The notes below the pieces were generated by a model. That model did not search any database. It saw only the letters and a program-made list of their open reading frames with translations, and had not been told where the DNA came from. From Piedraia hortae CBS 480.64 (lineage: Eukaryota): 64,000 bases of DNA. Below are positions 61,748 through 64,000 of this stretch, piece after piece (position 1 is the stretch's first letter; each line of letters opens with the position of its first letter). The stretch covers positions 5,934 through 69,933 of the forward strand of contig MU006005.1 of the NCBI GenBank assembly GCA_010093745.1, in the 5' to 3' direction. The translations under genes and the position numbers were made by a program.

Positions 61748-64000
61748 CTATAAGTTTACGAGACTAACACCACCTTTTGGGGACGAGATTTTTATTCCTC
61801 CATTGGCCGAGCCAGGGCTAGTGACGGTCATGGGGACCTTGAACTCAAATTTCCGCCCTTCAGCAAGGATTTTGTCCTTGGCCTCGTTGAGTTTTTCTTC
61901 AGAATAGCTTTTCCACTTGTGCCAGAGGTGGAGGGCGGCGCGGGCGTCTTCAATGCTGTCGTGGCCGTCGGCTATGTTTTGCTGGATATCCTGTCCCAGC
62001 AGCAGCCAGGCGAGGAAGCGGAGAGAGAGTTTGCGCTGGCTGCGGTGGCCGAGAGAATATAACTCCTGTGTATCAATGACCTGCGAATCTGGAACGTGCA
62101 TGTTGATGGTGCGGAAGTCACTGCTGAGACCGTGGCCGATGAAGCAACAGCCAAGGTTCAGCAGGACCCAGAGCTTTTTGTAGACGTCTTTTAGGCCCAC
62201 GAGCTCGAAAGGGCTACATCCTGGTGTGAGATCACCCGGTCGGAGGCCGGAAAACTGGGTCAGATAGTCATCAATGGGATCTGTGACGGCAATATAGTCG
62301 TCGATGAACGGCACACCGGCATCTGGACCGTCGCCTCGTAGCACAGAAACCCGCGCCAGGCCAGACCGCGCCGGTCGTGTGATTATGCGGGACCCGTCGG
62401 GCCCAACATCAAATTCCTCTCGCAGCAGCCGCACAAATTCGGCATCAATGGCGCAGTGCATGCCCGGCTGCGGGGCTTCGTTCCCCGACAGAGGCCGAAA
62501 CTCGTACGATCCGTCTTCCCGTTCAGGCTGTGCCAGGCTCCTATACAGCACCCCAGTATCGAGATGCGACTTCCACTCCTCATCCAGAACACCGGCCTTG
62601 GACTTGAGCTGGTAAGTGATGACCGACGGCAGCTTCCAGCGGGCATCAAAGTGTAGGGCCTCGTCTGCTGAGACGGGACGGGCGAGGAAATCGTTGATTA
62701 GGTGCCAGTCCGACTCTTGAGCGTTTGGCCGCGTCAAGGCGGCATTGACCAGTGCCACCAAGTGCGACTTCTGACCCTCGCCGACCGTCACATCAGCCAC
62801 AACGCCGACCAGCTCAAACAACATCATGGCTTGGTTTCGGCGCTGCAAGTGCAGATTTAGGTCATCTCCTTCGTAGCAGTAAAACTGGCTGTTGACGTTA
62901 ATAATGCCAATTTCAGCCGGCAGAAAGCCAGGAGTGCTCCATAAATGCCTCGCCTCGGTCGACTGTATGGCGGCATGAACCATGAGAACCTGCGGTGTCG
63001 AATGCACCACGCGGCGAGAGCGGATCATCTTGTAGCCCTGGCAGCGCATGCACCACCCCCGTTGCTGCTCGTGGCGGTGCACCGAGTCCTGGAGGAGGCG
63101 GGCAAAGTTGACGGGATGCATGCGTCCACCGGGTTTGGTCGGCTTTGGGTAGCACAGCTGGTGCGTGTACGAGACGTTTTCCCGCGCATCTTCATAGGCG
63201 CAGTGGACACAGTGGCTGATGATGTGGCTGCGAGTCGCCATGGCTGCCTGCATCTCCACTGGGTTGCTGATGACCTGACAGTAGCCCCATTCGAGCCTCG
63301 TCAGGAGGAAGCGGTTGAGGTTCTGGATCATTGTAGTTTGCGGTGCATGAGAAGACGAATCCTCCAGCATCGGTATCTGTCTCGCACCGGGCTGTCTGGT
63401 GAGGGCTTTGAGAAAGTTTGTGGCCTGGCAGTTTTGGCCTCGAGCCTTTTCCAGCATATCAACCAAGAAGCCGAGCTCACAGAGCAGGCAATTTTCGTAG
63501 CGGCAGTCACAAGCCGCGTGCTTCAGCGCAAGATTGCGAGCAACGTTGGTAAAGCGATAAAGCTGTAGCAGGGCATTTGCATACGAGTTCACTATGTGTG
63601 TTTCCAGGCCCGAATACTGCGTCTTGTTGAAATATCCAAAATCAAAGTCGTTCACTCCAAATCTGCTGTATTTGATCTCAATGGGCTGGTAAAAGGCCAC
63701 GGCGTCTTCGCCAACATCGTCCAGCCGCCATCCATCACCGTCTGTGGCCCCTTTGGGCTGTTCGCTGAGGAATTTAGGAGTGGCAATCGAATTCATCGCC
63801 CGCATCATACTGCGCGTGTCAAAGGCTTCGTACCTCCTTGACGTACGCGGGAACCTGCCTACCAATCCCAGTTCTGCTGGCTGGAGAGTGCTCAGCAAAG
63901 CAGGATCGATCCGTGTGGGCGGTGCCCCAGTCTCGTGAACCATGTCGTTGGACCAGTTCGAGAGCAGTGGCTCCGTATAGTACGGCATGCCTATCAAGTT
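61748..64000 (-). CDS. PAN2: PAN2 poly(A) ribonuclease catalytic subunit (5' part beyond the window)
   Basis: IKYSRFGVNDFDF, inactive UCH-like domain (YSGLETHIVNSYAN) and DEDDh nuclease (AIDAEFV, FIGHGL..DFR, GHDSIEDA). Confidence 0.97.
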   Translation of the reverse strand, partial: NLIGMPYYTEPLLSNWSNDMVHETGAPPTRIDPALLSTLQPAELGLVGRFPRTSRRYEAFDTRSMMRAMNSIATPKFLSEQPKGATDGDGWRLDDVGEDAVAFYQPIEIKYSRFGVNDFDFGYFNKTQYSGLETHIVNSYANALLQLYRFTNVARNLALKHAACDCRYENCLLCELGFLVDMLEKARGQNCQATNFLKALTRQPGARQIPMLEDSSSHAPQTTMIQNLNRFLLTRLEWGYCQVISNPVEMQAAMATRSHIISHCVHCAYEDARENVSYTHQLCYPKPTKPGGRMHPVNFARLLQDSVHRHEQQRGWCMRCQGYKMIRSRRVVHSTPQVLMVHAAIQSTEARHLWSTPGFLPAEIGIINVNSQFYCYEGDDLNLHLQRRNQAMMLFELVGVVADVTVGEGQKSHLVALVNAALTRPNAQESDWHLINDFLARPVSADEALHFDARWKLPSVITYQLKSKAGVLDEEWKSHLDTGVLYRSLAQPEREDGSYEFRPLSGNEAPQPGMHCAIDAEFVRLLREEFDVGPDGSRIITRPARSGLARVSVLRGDGPDAGVPFIDDYIAVTDPIDDYLTQFSGLRPGDLTPGCSPFELVGLKDVYKKLWVLLNLGCCFIGHGLSSDFRTINMHVPDSQVIDTQELYSLGHRSQRKLSLRFLAWLLLGQDIQQNIADGHDSIEDARAALHLWHKWKSYSEEKLNEAKDKILAEGRKFEFKVPMTVTSPGSANGGIKISSPKGGVSLVNL

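Overview
Eukaryotic, filamentous-ascomycete DNA (Dothideomycete-like by protein style; inference). It has short introns, mostly 41-62 nt, and very tight gene packing. Bases ~1.5-45.4 kb are a conserved housekeeping block: SEC3, ECM31, ATG12, DBF4, KRS1, BYE1, a fatty alcohol oxidase, GH18-UBA, a hexose-6-P epimerase, MET22, VPS27, DOA4, an STK32-like kinase, UBC8, an RGT1-like factor, RSC9, a REC114-like gene, a GH5 glucanase, SFT1, YSC84 and PCK1. An accessory island (~45.5-61.7 kb) follows, then PAN2 runs off the right edge. The island holds a MATA-type HMG gene, a 5'-truncated LINE with a 12-bp TSD, a NACHT-WD40 immune-receptor (NLR) gene, a TA-targeting MITE, several gene relics and a PDA1 fragment with an exact 51-bp internal inversion. 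Top observation: the NLR gene lies between two 193-bp TG..CA solo-LTR-like repeats whose 5-bp flanks are swapped (CCAGC-LTR-TTTTT ... TTTTT-LTR-CCAGC). The two inner ends rejoin into one open frame. This is the footprint expected if an ~8.4-kb DNA circle carrying the NLR integrated by LTR-LTR recombination. All identifications are by eye from motifs; no database search was run.
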